Positions 40,671 through 54,955 of a stretch of 64,000 bases of DNA are shown piece by piece. The DNA lies in the NCBI GenBank assembly GCA_051294375.1, contig CM119268.1, positions 14,776,210-14,840,209 on the forward strand. The letters run 5' to 3'. The position numbers were made by a program, and so were the translations under genes. Source of the stretch: Paraspadella gotoi. Taxonomy: Eukaryota; Animalia; Chaetognatha. The notes beneath the pieces are model-generated. The model did not search any database and was not told where the DNA came from. It was given only the letters and a program-made list of their open reading frames with translations. Position 1 is the stretch's first letter, and every line of letters begins with the position of its first letter.

Positions 40671-43337
40671 AATAAAGTGGCACCATGATTTGTCGGAGAA
40701 AGAGAAGACCTTGATATGTGCCAGACGTTTTGCGCCTGCCGGGAAAGAAAGAATCCAATAAACAGCCTTCTTAGAAAACAGATGACTAAGGATATTAACT
40801 CGGGCTTTTAAAGACAATAGTAACTTCTAAATTATCGGAGTCGTTAAAGAACGATGTTTACAAAACAACTGGAGGAAAATAAAAAGATCAAAGCGCGGAA
40901 ATCCTCGCCGAAGCAACAAACCGAAATATCTCTTTTTGCCAATTGTGAATTATTCATTGGCGAAAACGGAATAAGTCAGCGCATCATCTCACGTCGTAAA
41001 CGATTCAATCAGAAGCGGAATCTCGATCGTTAAACCGGCGACATCAGCGACTGGCATCACGTGATGCAGTTCGCTACGAGTCAACGTTGTCGCCACGATA
41101 CTTCGCTTTTTTTGGCATAAAATGACAACCTCGTCCGCGCGGCGAACCTTCGGAATAATCGACGACTTTTCGAACCGAGAGAGAAAAAAAAAAAAAAAAC
41201 AACGAAAAAATTATGATGGTTCTGACAGAATGACAGGGTTATGACAAAGCGTGACAGAATGACAAAAAAAAAGCACCAAGTCGGAGCCTGTTCATCGCTC
41301 AAAAATATAGCCTTCACAGGAAAAAAAAGTCGATGAAATACGGAGAGCGACGGATGCAAGAACAGATGCAAAAACAGATGAGAGCGGAGACGAACAAAAC
41401 GTGGGCGTATGTTCATCAAGGACAATGCGTTCGGTGGAGCGACAGCGAGTGGCATCGAGATTCCATCTGAGGCAATAAACTGTCGACAAAATGGCGGAGA
41501 ATGCGACCCGGTCGTCGACGTCGTCGCGATCCCACGAATTCCGTTGGCCACAAACGTCGATTCCGATTCGTCTGCAAATTATGTTTCTGGCATCAGTCAA
41601 AATGGCCTCCTGGCCAACGCCTGTTCGTCTCGTTGCGACGGCGCGTGATCGGAACAGGAAAGGTTTCAGTTTTCCTTTTTTTTTTCCCTACCTGTTGGTT
41701 TCGCCGTTTAATCTTAATGGAAGGGAACGTGGATGATTAAAAAAAGGAGAGAGAATGAAAGACAGAAAAATTTGTGTGAAAGACATCAAACTAAAGAGCG
41801 AGACTTTTGTAGGCCTTATCTCGTGTTTATGAGAGACAACGTTTAATATTTAGACTTAATCTTGTGACCCTTCAATTCTTTTTATGAGTTTCGTTCAAGA
41901 TCTTCCTCTTCTACAAATTTTTCCAGCTATCGAGGATTTTCGTAGCGAATGATCAAAACCTGCACTCCTTTCCTTAAATCTCTTCTTTTCCTCTTAATCG
42001 TCAAACCTTTTTTAAAACACACTTGTTTAAATAAACCTGGTCTGGAATGAAATATTTTTCAGCCGGGTCATAGTACGTCCTGTTTTATTTCAACTTTTTT
42101 TTCACTAGATTACCAAACCAGAACTATGTCGCACTTTGTAGACCCCTCCACTTTCGCTCGCAGAAAAAAATTATTATTATCCAATTTAACCAATATTCTA
42201 TAAAGAAGATACCATTAATCGGTCTCGCAAGCGATTTTCGATACATTTGGACGAGATAAATTGAAATTCGATGTCTGCTAATATTTTTCTTTTCAATTAA
42301 ACTTAAAGATACTTTAATCTTTTTCTTTTAAATTTTGAGGTCATTTCGATGAGATCTCAAATTTGTTTTACAAGCGAATTAATTATTTTTTTTCTCTTTT
42401 GCTAATAAGCAGTTCGGTACATTTGATCTTTTTTTTTCTTAAGTTTCGACAGAGTTTTTTTTATCCTTGAATCTAATCAAATTTCAAAGGAAAGAAAAAG
42501 GAAAAAAAAAGTTGTATTTTAACAACTAATAATCTTCCCGCTTCATTCGTTATCAAGTTTACGTAATTCCTTTTTTTTTTCTCTCTCTCTCTATGATTAT
42601 TTATTTCTTTGTATGTTTCTTTCTTTTTTCGCCTTAAATATTTTATACATTATTTTTTTATTTGTTTATCCTTATTCTTTGAGGAATGCGAATAGTGTTC
42701 CCCAAGCCATGCTTGAAGAGTAGATTTGCAGGCCAAGCTCTTGGCCAAAGTTACGGGCGAAGTTTGAAGGCGAAGCTGAGTTTTCAGGCTGATTCTGAGG
42801 GCGGCCTCATAAATCCAAGGTTCGGTGTTTAAAAGCTTTTCATCCATTTCATTTCTATTTTGAGTCGAATGGAGAAGAATATAAAGAAGAAGTTGAAAGG
42901 GGAAAAACGATGAGGGCAAAAGCCGAGAAAATATTCGATGATCAGTTTCTAAATTTGAAATCACCTTGAGACTTGCTAAAAATATATACCCTGAGACGGT
43001 GAAGAGTGAAGACTCTAGAGACTTCGGTAAATTATTCTATAAAACTAAAACATAAAATCAAAAAACGAAAAAAAAAGTAAATCAATTCTTTCAATATTAT
43101 AATTAAAATTGCTGAAGTGGTTTTATCGTTTTTTGACAAGGGTTTTTTTCTCTCGTTTTCGCGTCGCCTCGCGTCTCCAAACAAAATTGTTCTCTTTTCC
43201 CTTCTCTTTTCTGTCACTTGTGACACACTTTCTGTCAATGTTTTGTCACTTTTCCCATCATTCTTTTTTGGAAAACGACGAAAACGAGGGGCCGCAGCAA
43301 GGTTTCTTACCCCCTCAACTTTTTGTCTTCATGCCAT

Positions 43338-43430
43338 TCGCGCCACGCTACGCCACTCTACGCCACGCCACTCTACGCCATGTCACGCCACGCCACGCTA
43401 CGTAACGCCACACCACGCTACGCAACTCCT
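43338..43430 (+). repeat. (ACGCC/ACGCT)n pentanucleotide repeat (duplicate at ~50805-50895)
   Basis: Direct reading. Confidence 0.85.
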
Positions 43431-43625
43431 CACCACAGCGTTTTCATTGTTTAATTATTTTTTCATCTAGTGGTTTTCTCCGCCACTTTAGAATCTTATC
43501 ATTTGCCATGTCGTCTATTTGCCACCTCGTCAATTTTGCCACCCAATTTAGCCCCGCGGTTTTTTTCTTTCTTTTTTTTTGCAGTTTATCATTCATGATA
43601 CACGATTTTGCTTTCACTATGAGAA

Positions 43626-43736
<111 letters not shown>

Positions 43737-44323
43737 TGAGTTGTAGACGAATGAGGAGGATGGAAAGGAAAAGGGGTAAGTCAGAAAAGGAGGTGATAGA
43801 CACCGAGAGTCTGGATTGCAAAAAAGGGCAGGAGAAAAAAAAGGGCATGAAGAATTTATGAGGTTTGGGTGAAAGGGCCATCTGTACCGCGTCCCCTTTT
43901 CAATCGCCTTCTCCTCACCTCACGTTTTTCTTTTATATATATACATATAGTTCACGTGATCTCGAGACGTCGTTAAATCTCGATTTTTTTTTCAACTCCG
44001 ATGTCCAATATTTTTTGACAAATTAAAAATAATTTGTTTTTTAATCTTAAAATTATTTTTAAAGTTTTCATTTGCCCTTTGACATTTTTATGTTTACCCC
44101 ATGTTTGGTATTAATAATTTTATTACTTATACATTTAAAGTGTCTTTATAATTACAATTTTTATTTGTAGCGTGGACATAGCGTAAGTTAGACAGAATAC
44201 AATATTAGATACTGTATAATTTCGATTTCCTCCTGATGTAAACTTAATAATTCTTTTGAAAGGGAACACGAAAACCCTTTTCTGCATTACTCCACTCGTC
44301 TCCCCCGGACACCCAACAAAAAA

Positions 44324-44386
<63 letters not shown>

Positions 44387-45519
44387 CCAAAGCTGATTAT
44401 GTCGAAAACCCGAGAGGCAGTCTCCTTTGAACTGGGGATAAAGAAGTAGAAAATGAAAGGAGATTTTCCTCAGAAATTGGTGTCACCTGGATTCGCGGGG
44501 ACGAGCTTTGCTTTGCTCGAGGCACTCGACGTCGCGTCGCGGTTAAAAAATTTTGAGTTCGAGACCTGATCAGCGCTCGACCCATTGCTCTCGACGGAAA
44601 GTTGAAGTGTTAAAAAATTATCAAATAATTTTTGGCAAACAGAGATGTTTTCTTTTTCCCTCGATTCTATATTTAGGATCTTTGTCATCTTCGTTGATTT
44701 AGGATTTTTTTATTAAAGATAATTATCGAACTGGTGTTCATGGTTCGTTGCCTCGCCGTCTTAGATTGTCATCTTTGTCGGCATCTCGTTCGCTTTCTTT
44801 GAAGACGTCCTCTTTGTCGCCGCCTTCTTTGCCGCCCAATGCGTAACCTTTTAACTTTGTCGTTTTTTTCATCGTCTTCGTAGTTGCGAGTGTACTTAAT
44901 ATCTTCATCGCTGTGTTCGTTTTCGATGTTTTCGTCGTTCTAGTTTCCGTCGTCTTTGTCATCATCTTCGTCGCTGTGTTCGTTCTCGTCTTCGTCGTTG
45001 TACTCGTCCTTGTTTTCTTCTTCGATCGCCTCGTGAGGTCGCGAATTTTTGAGGCAGTTTGGGTTGTAGGAGGGCAGGGAGATCTGAGTCGGAAGGGGTA
45101 AGGACAACCGAGTTGGGCTGTGGCGACGAGAGGATGAAGGAGATTGCGAAATGTGCGGGCGGAAGAGAGATATGGAGGCACGGATTACTTTTCGTGCTCA
45201 CGAAGGAGACAAATGATTGCAACTCCATCTCTTGGGCACTAGGCAATCTCTCGGCTATTTATTATTCGTTCCATGCTTGTCTTGGCGTGCGTGGTGATTA
45301 CGCTACGGAATTAAAGCTTGTCTGCGTTTAGCTACTAATTTAGGGAAATGAGTTTTCCCGCCACAAATGCAATTGAAACGAATAAACGGTAGATCCAAAT
45401 CGAATTTTTAACCGCAATTATGTTGCCTTCCGTTGACAAGATTTTCTGGAGAAAAACAAAGTCGTCGACTGTTATGAAGAGACAGTAATAATTATTATGA
45501 TTTAGTGACAGAATCGTTC

Positions 45520-45646
45520 AATATAAGCTTCGGATTGGGCTGTAAAACAGTTTTACAGGCGGGTTAACTGCTTGACGACCACCGGGGTAGAACCCCAGAC
45601 CTTTGGGTTAGTAGGCGAACGACTTGCCTCCTGCAACCATGGCCGC
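45520..45646 (-). mobile_element. tRNA-derived SINE head or tRNA pseudogene (duplicate at ~52995-53118)
   Basis: ~72-nt segment at 45575-45646: GCGGCCA/TGGTCGT acceptor-like pairing and CTGGG-GTTCTAC-CCCGG T-arm-like hairpin, but D and anticodon arms pair poorly. Followed by the palindrome CTGTAAAAC-N-GTTTTACAG. Confidence 0.5.
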
Positions 45647-46159
45647 TGATGAACGTTTGGTGGATTTTTGTCCACCATAGTTACGTAGTAAAATCACGGA
45701 TTTGGGACTAAAAATAGAAAAAATATCGAACAATAAAATACGCGAAAATAGACAATGAATGGAATTTAGACGAGAAAAAACCGGAAAAGAGCAAACGTCT
45801 ATCACGAGAACAAAGAAAGAAAGGAGGGGAAAAAAATTGAGAGGAACGCGGGAGAAATAATCAGCCAAACAAAGGATTATCAATGGCACGAACGAACAAA
45901 CAGAAAAGGACAAGAAGTTTGGGGGAAATCGACGAAGAACAAAAGGGAAAGGATGAGATGATCACTTATTGTAAGGAAAAAAAGGGCGGGGCCGAGACCG
46001 GAAACAACGTTTTTGTTTTTTTGAACAAGCGTAACGAGCGTAATTTTGGAGTCGCAAATAATAACGCTGAGCCTAAACTATGGGTACAATGTAATATGCA
46101 AACAAAATATATATAACAATATATATATATGACATTTCCAATGTCAGTCATACTTTTTA

Positions 46160-46285
46160 TCCAATAACCTCGAAAATAACCTTTTAATGATAACTTTAAA
46201 GACAATTCGAACGATATCTTAAACGTTAGTTTAAACCATAAAGCAAACGACGGTTTAAACGATAATTCAAATGATAATTTAAAAT
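46160..46285 (+). repeat. Degenerate 12-bp minisatellite (AACGATAATTTA-like; duplicate at ~53635-53760)
   Basis: About 10 diverged 12-mers. Confidence 0.65.
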
Positions 46286-46672
46286 CACCCAACCTTAATT
46301 TCTCCGCCAACGACATCTCGCGAATTCGATCGGCTCGACGGGTTCTCTCGTTCCGCCAGCTCCGCACAATTTGCGCAAAGGAATCGGAAAAAATAATGAA
46401 GCAAATGGGACGGAGGGAAAAAAATGAAGGGAAAACTTTCTCCTTCTTCGTCAAAATGAACTTTTCCTTTCTTTTTTTTTTCTTTTTTTTCTCTTTTTTT
46501 TCTGATATTTTTTTCCTCTTGGGACGCTTGTGGGGTGGAGGTTTGAGTGGAACGGGGGGTTGACAAAAAAGGAAGAGAGAGAAAGGCAAAGCGAAAGGAA
46601 AATGAAAAAGACCTTAAAGAAGAGAGGGCAGATTTTTTTTTTAGTGAATATGAAAACGAAGAGAGAGAGAGA

Positions 46673-46748
<76 letters not shown>

Positions 46749-47096
46749 AGACTGAAGGAAGTCAAGAAAACGGATAATTAATCAATTATTCTCTTTGGAA
46801 CTCGCAGGGTTTTTTTTTTTTCCATGGAAAATGAAAATAATCCCAGACCAGGGATGCTTGGCAATTTATTACATAAGAAGAGAAAAATACTAAATATATT
46901 CTTAAAATACCGAAGGAAAGAAACTACGGATATAAACGAACTCCCAAACTCCCAACGTTGCTAGAGTCGGACGCAAACTGAGAAGCGATGAAAGCGAATC
47001 CACTGTTTACGTTATGGCGCAACGATCGTGAATGTGAAACTCCAAGGAGGATTTTCACGATTTTCACGTCTTGAGCTCACAGACGTGTCTCTCCTC

Positions 47097-47207
<111 letters not shown>

Positions 47208-47408
47208 CCCTCTGCCGAAAACACATCACAAAATGTATGAAGGGAGAAAATGTGTTTTCTTTGTGATGTGGAGACTTTTGGACGATGACCGCCAGTGTTT
47301 CTGGGAGAGAAAGGGATAGGAGCCGTGGAGAGGGTGAAGTAGATATAGGCTGAAAAGAGCGAGAGTGAGACATGAGAAGAGGAGGGTAAGGAATCGACAC
47401 TCGGTTAG

Positions 47409-47486
<78 letters not shown>

Positions 47487-50400
47487 GAGAGAGAGAGAGG
47501 AGAGAGGAGAGAGAGAGAGAGACAGAGTCACATAGACCCGGAGAGAAACGAAGAGACGGAGAAACGAAGTATTCTTCACGGGCAGGAAATTGAATGACAC
47601 GCGAAGTGAAGGGGCCTGGAAACAACAGATTAGCCGAAAGGACACGTACGACCTAGAGAGACGTCGGCCGGTGGTGGAAAACTATGGGTGGTCTTCTCTC
47701 AGCAAATGAATGGCACGCTGACAAACTATCAGGTCTAAGTCGGATTTTCTCTTTTTAAAACGTGACGTCTCATCTTAATGAAACCTTCTCGGACATTTTC
47801 TCGTGGTCTCTGGTTTACCTGTCGCCTTATAACTTATAACTTATAACATAGTTAATTAGTTTAATGTTCAGTTTTTTGCATTTCATTGACAATAAACCTT
47901 AACGTTTGAGCTTCGAAGAAACGACGACACCGGATTGCACCGTCGACACACGAATCGTGAACACCATTCCGTCCGTTCACAACCCTCACCCACCGAGTCG
48001 TGATTCCGAGGCTTTTCCCTTCATTTTTATAGGACGCCGTTACTAAACATTAGTTTCGTTTTTTTTATCTTTCCGCGTTGCCGGTTCCGCCTAACTCTCT
48101 TTCCAATTCCACAGCTGCACCCGGGAAGAAAAAATTCCCTTTATTTTTTTATTTTTTGCATGTTTTATTGCAAGCTCTTTAACGTCTGTTATTACTCCGC
48201 GAGCAGCTTTACGAGGCGAATTAAGTTTTACGACTCTACGTTGTCCTAAACATCGCACCTGTTTATATTCTCTTCCCCCCCCCTTCATGACTAATAACGA
48301 TTTCTTTACTGCAATGACCAAATCCTTTTTCTTCACTGACTTAATTGGAAACGATTCAATCAGAAGCGGAATTCTCGATCGTTAAACCGGCGACATCAGC
48401 AACTGGCATCACGGACGCAGTTCGCTACGAGTCATACGGTTGTCGCCACGATACTTCCGCTTTTTTTCGCATAAATGACAACTCGTCCGCGCGTGGAACC
48501 TTCGGAATAATCGACACTTCGAACCGAGAGATGAAAAAAAAAAAAAAATAAACAACGAAAAAATTATGATGCGTTTTCTGACAGAAATGACAGGGTTATG
48601 ACCAATAGCGTGACAGAATGACAAAAAAAAAGCACCAAGTCGGAGCCTTTCATCGCTCAAAAAATATAGCCTTCACAGGAAAAAAAGTCGATGAAATTAC
48701 GGAGAGCGACGATTGCAAGAACAGATGGCAAAAAACAGTCATGAGAGCGGCAGCACGAACAAACGTGGGCGGTTTATGTCATCAAGGACATGCGTTCGGT
48801 TGGAGCGACAGCGAGGTGCATCGAGATTCCATCAGCATAAACTTGTCGACAAAATGGGCGGAGAATGCCCGACCGCGTCCGGCTCGTCGTCACGGTAACG
48901 TCGCGCATCCACGAATTCCGCTTGGCACAAACCGTCGGATTTCGTCATTCGTCTGCAATTCATGTTCTTGGTCTGCGCATCAGTCAAAATGGCCTCCTGG
49001 CCAACACGCCTGTTCGTCTCGCTTTGCGAACGGCGCGTGATCGGCGAAAGGAAAGGTTTCAGTTTTTCCTTTTTTTTCCCTACCTGTTGGTTTCGCCGTT
49101 AATCTTAATGGAACGGCAACGTGGCATGATTAAAAAGGAGAGGAGAATAAAGACAGAAAAATTTTGTTGAAGGACATTCAAACTAAGAGCGAGACTCTGT
49201 TGTAGGCCTTATCTCGTGTCTTATGAAGAGACAACGTTTAATTATTTAGACTTTAAATCTTGTGACCCTTCATTCTTTTTATGAGTTTTCTCAAGGCATC
49301 TCCTTCTTCTTACAAATTTTCCAGCTATCGAGGATTTTTCGTAGCGAATGATTCAAAACCTGCACTCTTTCCTTAAATTCTCGTTCTCCTCTTAATCGTT
49401 TCGAACCTTTTTTAAAACCACACTGTTTAAATAAACCTGGTTCTGATATGAAATATTTTTCAGCCGGCGGTCATAGTTACGTCCTGTTTTTACTTCAACT
49501 TTTTTTTCACTAGATTACCACAACACCAGAACTATGTCGCAACTTTCGTAGACCGCCTCACTTTCGCTCGCGAGACAAAAAAATTATTATTAATCCAATT
49601 TAACCCAATATTTTTAAAGGAAGGATACCATTAATCGGTCTCGCAAGCGATTTTCGATACATTTGGACGACGATAAATTGGAATTTCGAGTCTGCTTAAT
49701 ATTTTTCTTTTCAATTAACTTAAAGATACTTTAATCTTTTTCTTTAACATTTTACGGTCATTTCGATAGAAGATCTCCAAATTTTGTTTACAAGCGGAAT
49801 AATTATTTTTTTTCTCTTTTGCTATATAAGCAGTTCGGCTACATTTGATCTTTTCTTTTATCTAAGTTTTCGACAAGGATGTTTTTGTTTATCCTTGAAA
49901 TCTAATCAAATTTCAAAGGAAAGAAAAACCAGGAAAAAAAACATGTTGTATTTTAACAACTAATAATCTTCCCGCTTCATTCGATTATCAACGTTACGTA
50001 ATTTCCTTTTTTTTTTCTCTTCTCTCTCTATGATTAGTTTATTTCTATTGTATGTTTCTTTCTTTTTTCGCCGTTAAATATTTTATACATTATATTTTTT
50101 ATTTGTTTATCCTTATTCTTTGAGGAATGCGCGAATGTGTTCTCCCAGGCCATGCTTGAAGAGTAGATTTGCAGGCCAAGCTCTGTGGCCAAAGTTACCG
50201 GGCGAGTCTTGAAGGCCGAAGCCTTTGAGTTCTTCAGGCTGATTCTGAGGGCGGCCTCATTAAATCCAAAGGCTTCTGCGTGGTTTATTAAAAGCGTTTT
50301 CATCCATTTCATTCTATTTTGAGTCGAATGGAGGAAGAATTATAAAGAAGAAGTTGAAAGCGGGAAGAAAGAGGCGATGGAGGGCAAAAGCCAGAAAATA

Positions 50401-51129
50401 TTCGATGATCAGTGTCTAAATTTGAAATCACCTGTGAACTTGCTAAACAATATATACCCTGAGACGGTGAAGAGTGAAGACTCTAGAGACTTCGGTAAAT
50501 TATTCTATAAAACTAAAACATAAAATCAAAAACGAAAAAAAAGTAAATCAATTCTTTCAATATTATAATTAAAATTGCTGAAGTGGTTTATCGGTTTTTT
50601 AACAAGGGTTTTTTTCTCTCGTTTTCGCGTCGCCTCGCGTCTCCAAACAAAATTGTTCTCTTTTCCCTTCTCTTTTCTGTCACTTGTGACACACTTTCTG
50701 TCAATGTTTTGTCACTCTTTCCCTCATTCTTTTTTGAAAACGACGAAAACGAGGGGCCGCAGCAAGGTTTCTTACCCCCTCAACTTTTTGTCTTCATGCC
50801 ATTCGCGCGCACGCTACGCCACTGCTACGCCACGCCACTCTACGCCATGTCACGGCCACGCCACGCTACGTAACGCCACACCACGCTACGCAAACTCTCA
50901 CCACAGCTTTTCATTGTTTAATTATTTTTTCATCTAGTGTGTTTTCTCCGCCACTTTAGGAATCTTTATTCATTTGCCATGTCGTCTATTTGCCACCTTC
51001 GTCATTTTGCCACCCAATTTAGGCCCCGCGGTTTTTTCTTTCTTTTTTTTGCAGTTATTCATTCATGCATACACGATTTTGCTTTCACTCATGAGAAAGA
51101 GAGAGAGACAGAGCATAAGAGAGAGAGAT

Positions 51130-51172
<43 letters not shown>

Positions 51173-51794
51173 GAGAGAGAGAGAGAGAGAGAGGGATGAT
51201 TGTAGACGAATGAGGAGGATGGAAAGGAAAAGGGGTAAGTTCAGAAAAGGAGGTGATAGACACCGAGAGTCTGGATTGCAAAAAAGGGCAAGGAAAAAAA
51301 AAAGGGCATGAAGAATTTATGAGGTTTGGGTGAAAGGGCCCATCTGTACCGCGTCCCCTTTCAATCGCCTTCTCCTCACCTCACGTTTTTCTTTTATATA
51401 TATACATATAGTTCACGTGATTCCTCGAGACGTCGTTAAAATCTCGATTTTTTTTTTCAACTCCGATGTCCAATATTTTTTGGACAAATTAAAATATAAT
51501 TTGTTTTTAAATCTTAAAATTATTTTTTAAAGTTTTCATTTGCCCTTTGACATTTTTATGTTTACCCCATGTTTGGTATTAATAATTTTATTACTTATAC
51601 ATTTAAAAGTGTCTTTATAATTACAATTTTTATTTGTAGGCGTGGACATTAGCGTAAGTTAGACAGAATACAATATTAGATACTGTATAATTTCGATTTC
51701 CTCCTGATTGTAAACTTAATAATTCTTTTTGAAAGGGAACACGAAACCCTTTTCTGCATTACTCCACTCGTCTCCCCGGACACCCAACAAAAAA

Positions 51795-51839
<45 letters not shown>

Positions 51840-54120
51840 CTCTCTCTCTCTCTCTCCCAAAGCTGATTATGTCGAAAACCCGAGAGGCAGTCTCCTTTGA
51901 ACTGCGGATAAGAAGTAGAAAATGAAAGAGATTTTCCTCAGAAATTGGTGTCACCTGGATTCGCGGGGACGAGCTTTGCTTTGCTCGAGGCACTCGCACG
52001 TCGCGTCGCGGTTAAAAAATTTTTGAGTTCGAGACCTGATCAGCGCTCGACCCATTGCTCTCGACGGAAAGTTGAAGTGTTAAAAAATTATCAAATAATT
52101 TTTGGCAAACAGAGATGTTTTCTTTTTCCCTCCGATTCTTATATTTAGGATCTTTGTCATCTTCGTTGATTTAGGATTTTTTTATTAAAGATAATTATCG
52201 AACTGGTGTTCATGGTTCGTTGCCTCGCCGTCTTAGCATTGTCATCTTTGTCGGCATCTCGTTCGCTTCTTTGAGACGTCCTCTTTGTCGCCGCCTTCTT
52301 TGCCGCCCAATGCGTAACCTTTTAACTTTGTCGTTTTTTCATCGTCTTCGTAGTTGCGAGTGTACTTAATATCTTCATCGCTGTGTTCGTTTTCGATGTT
52401 TTCGTCGTTCTAGTTTCCGTCGTCTTTGTCATCATCTTTCGTCGCTGAGTTCGTTCTCGTTCTTCGTCGTTGTACTCGTCCTTGTTTTCTTCTTCGATCG
52501 CCTCGTGAGGTCGCGATTTTTGAGGCAGTTTGGGTTGTAGGAGGGCAGGGAGATCTGAGTCGGAAGGGGTAAGGACAACCGAGTTGTGGCTGTGGCGACG
52601 AGAGGATGAAGGAGATTGCGAAATGTGCGGGCGGAAAGAAGATATGGAGGCACGGATTACTTTTCGTGCTCACGAAGGAGACAAATGATTGCAACTCCAT
52701 CTCTTGGGCACTAGCAATCTCTCGGCTATTTATTATTCGTTCCATGCTTGTCTTTGGCGTGCGTGGTGATTACGCTACGGAATTAAAGCTTGTCTGCGTT
52801 TAGCTACTAATTTACGGGAAATGAGTTTCTCCGCCCACAAATGCAATTGAAACGAATAAACGGTAGATCCAATCGAATTTTTAACCGCAATTATGTTGCC
52901 TTCCGTTGACAAGATTTTCTGGAGAAAAACAAAGTCGTCGACTGTTATGAAGAGACAGTAATAATTATTATGATTTAGTGACAGAATCGTTCAATATAAG
53001 CTTCGGATTGGGCTGTAAAACAGTTTTACAGGCGGGTTAACTGCTTGACGACCACCGGGGTAGAACCCCAGACCTTTGGGTAGTAGGCGAACGACTTGCC
53101 TCCTGCAACCATGGCCGCTGATGAACGTTTGGTGGATTTTTGTCCACCATAGTTACGTAGTAAAATCACGGATTTGGGACTAAAAATAGAAAAAATATCG
53201 AACAATAAAATACGCGGAAAATAGACAATGAATGGAATTTAGACGAGAAAAAACCGGAAAAGAGCAAACGTCTATCACGAGAACAAAGAAAGAAAGGAGG
53301 GCGGAAAAAATTGAGAAGAACGCGGGAGAAATAATCAGCCAAACAAAGGATTATCAATGGCACGAACGAACAAACAGAAAAGGACAAGAAGTTTGGGGAA
53401 ATCGACGAAGACAAAAGGGAAAGGATGAGATGATCACTTATTCGTAAGGAAAAAAAGGGCCGGGCCGAGACCGGAAACAACGTTTTTTGTTTTTTGAACA
53501 AGCGTAACGAGCGTAATTTTGGAGTCGCAAATAATAAACGCTGAGCCTAAACTATGGGTACAATGTAATATGCAAACAAAATATATATAACAATATATAT
53601 ATATGACATTTCCAATGTCAGTCATACTTTTTATCCAATAACCTCGAAAATAACCTTAATGATAACTTTAAAGACAATTCGAACGATATCTTAAACGTGT
53701 AGTTTAAACCATAAAGCAAACGACGGTTTAAACGATAATTCAAATGATAATTTAAAATCACCCAACCTTAATTTCTCCGCCAACGACATCTCGCGAATTC
53801 GATCGGCTCGACGGGTTCTCTCGTTCCGCAGCTCCGCACAATTTGCGCAAAGGAATCGGAAAAAATAATGAAGCAAATGGGACGGAGGGAAAAAAATGAA
53901 GGGAAAACTTTCTCCTTCTTCGTCAAAATGAACTTTTCCTTTCTTTTTTTTTCTTTTTTTTCTCTTTTTTCTCGATATTTTTTCCTCTTGGGACGCTTGT
54001 GGGGTGGAGGTTTGAGTGGAACGGGGGTTGACAAAAAAGGAGAGAGAGAAAGGCAAAGCGAAAGGAAAATGAAAAAGACCTTAAAGAAGAGAGGGCAGAT
54101 TTTTTTTAGTGAATATGAAA

Positions 54121-54206
<86 letters not shown>

Positions 54207-54550
54207 GAGAGAGAGAGGACTGAAGGAAGTCAAGAAAACGGATAATTAATCAAGTTATTCTCTTTGGAACTCGCAGGGTTTTTTTTTTCCATGGAAAATG
54301 AAAATAATCCCAGACCAGGGATGCTTGGCAATTTATTACATAAGAAGAGAAAAATACTAAATATATTCTTAAAATACCGAAGGAAAGAAACTACGGATAT
54401 AAACGAACTCCCAAACTCCAACGTTGCTAGAGTCGGACGCAAACTGAGAAGCGATGAAAGCGAATCCACTGTTTACGTTATGGCGCAACGATCGTGAATG
54501 TGAAACTCAAGGAGGATTTTCACGATTTTTCACGTCTTGAGCTCACAGAC

Positions 54551-54589
<39 letters not shown>

Positions 54590-54624
54590 CTCTCTCTCTC
54601 TCTTCTCTCTCTCTCCTCTCTCTC

Positions 54625-54656
<32 letters not shown>

Positions 54657-54862
54657 AATTCCCCTCTGCCGAAAACACATCACAAAATGTATGAAGGGAG
54701 AAAATGTGTTTTCTTTGTGATGTGGAGACTTTGGACGATGACCGCCAGTGTTTCTGGAGGAGAAAGGGATAGGAGCCGTGGAGAGGGGTGAAGTAGATAT
54801 AGGCTGAAAAGAGCGAGAGTGAGACATGAGAAGAGGAGGGTAAGGAATCGACACTCGGTTAG

Positions 54863-54955
<93 letters not shown>

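Noticed and set aside
45575-45646. Functional tRNA gene
   Set aside because: Anticodon and D arms pair poorly and the T-loop is non-canonical; better read as a SINE head or pseudogene.
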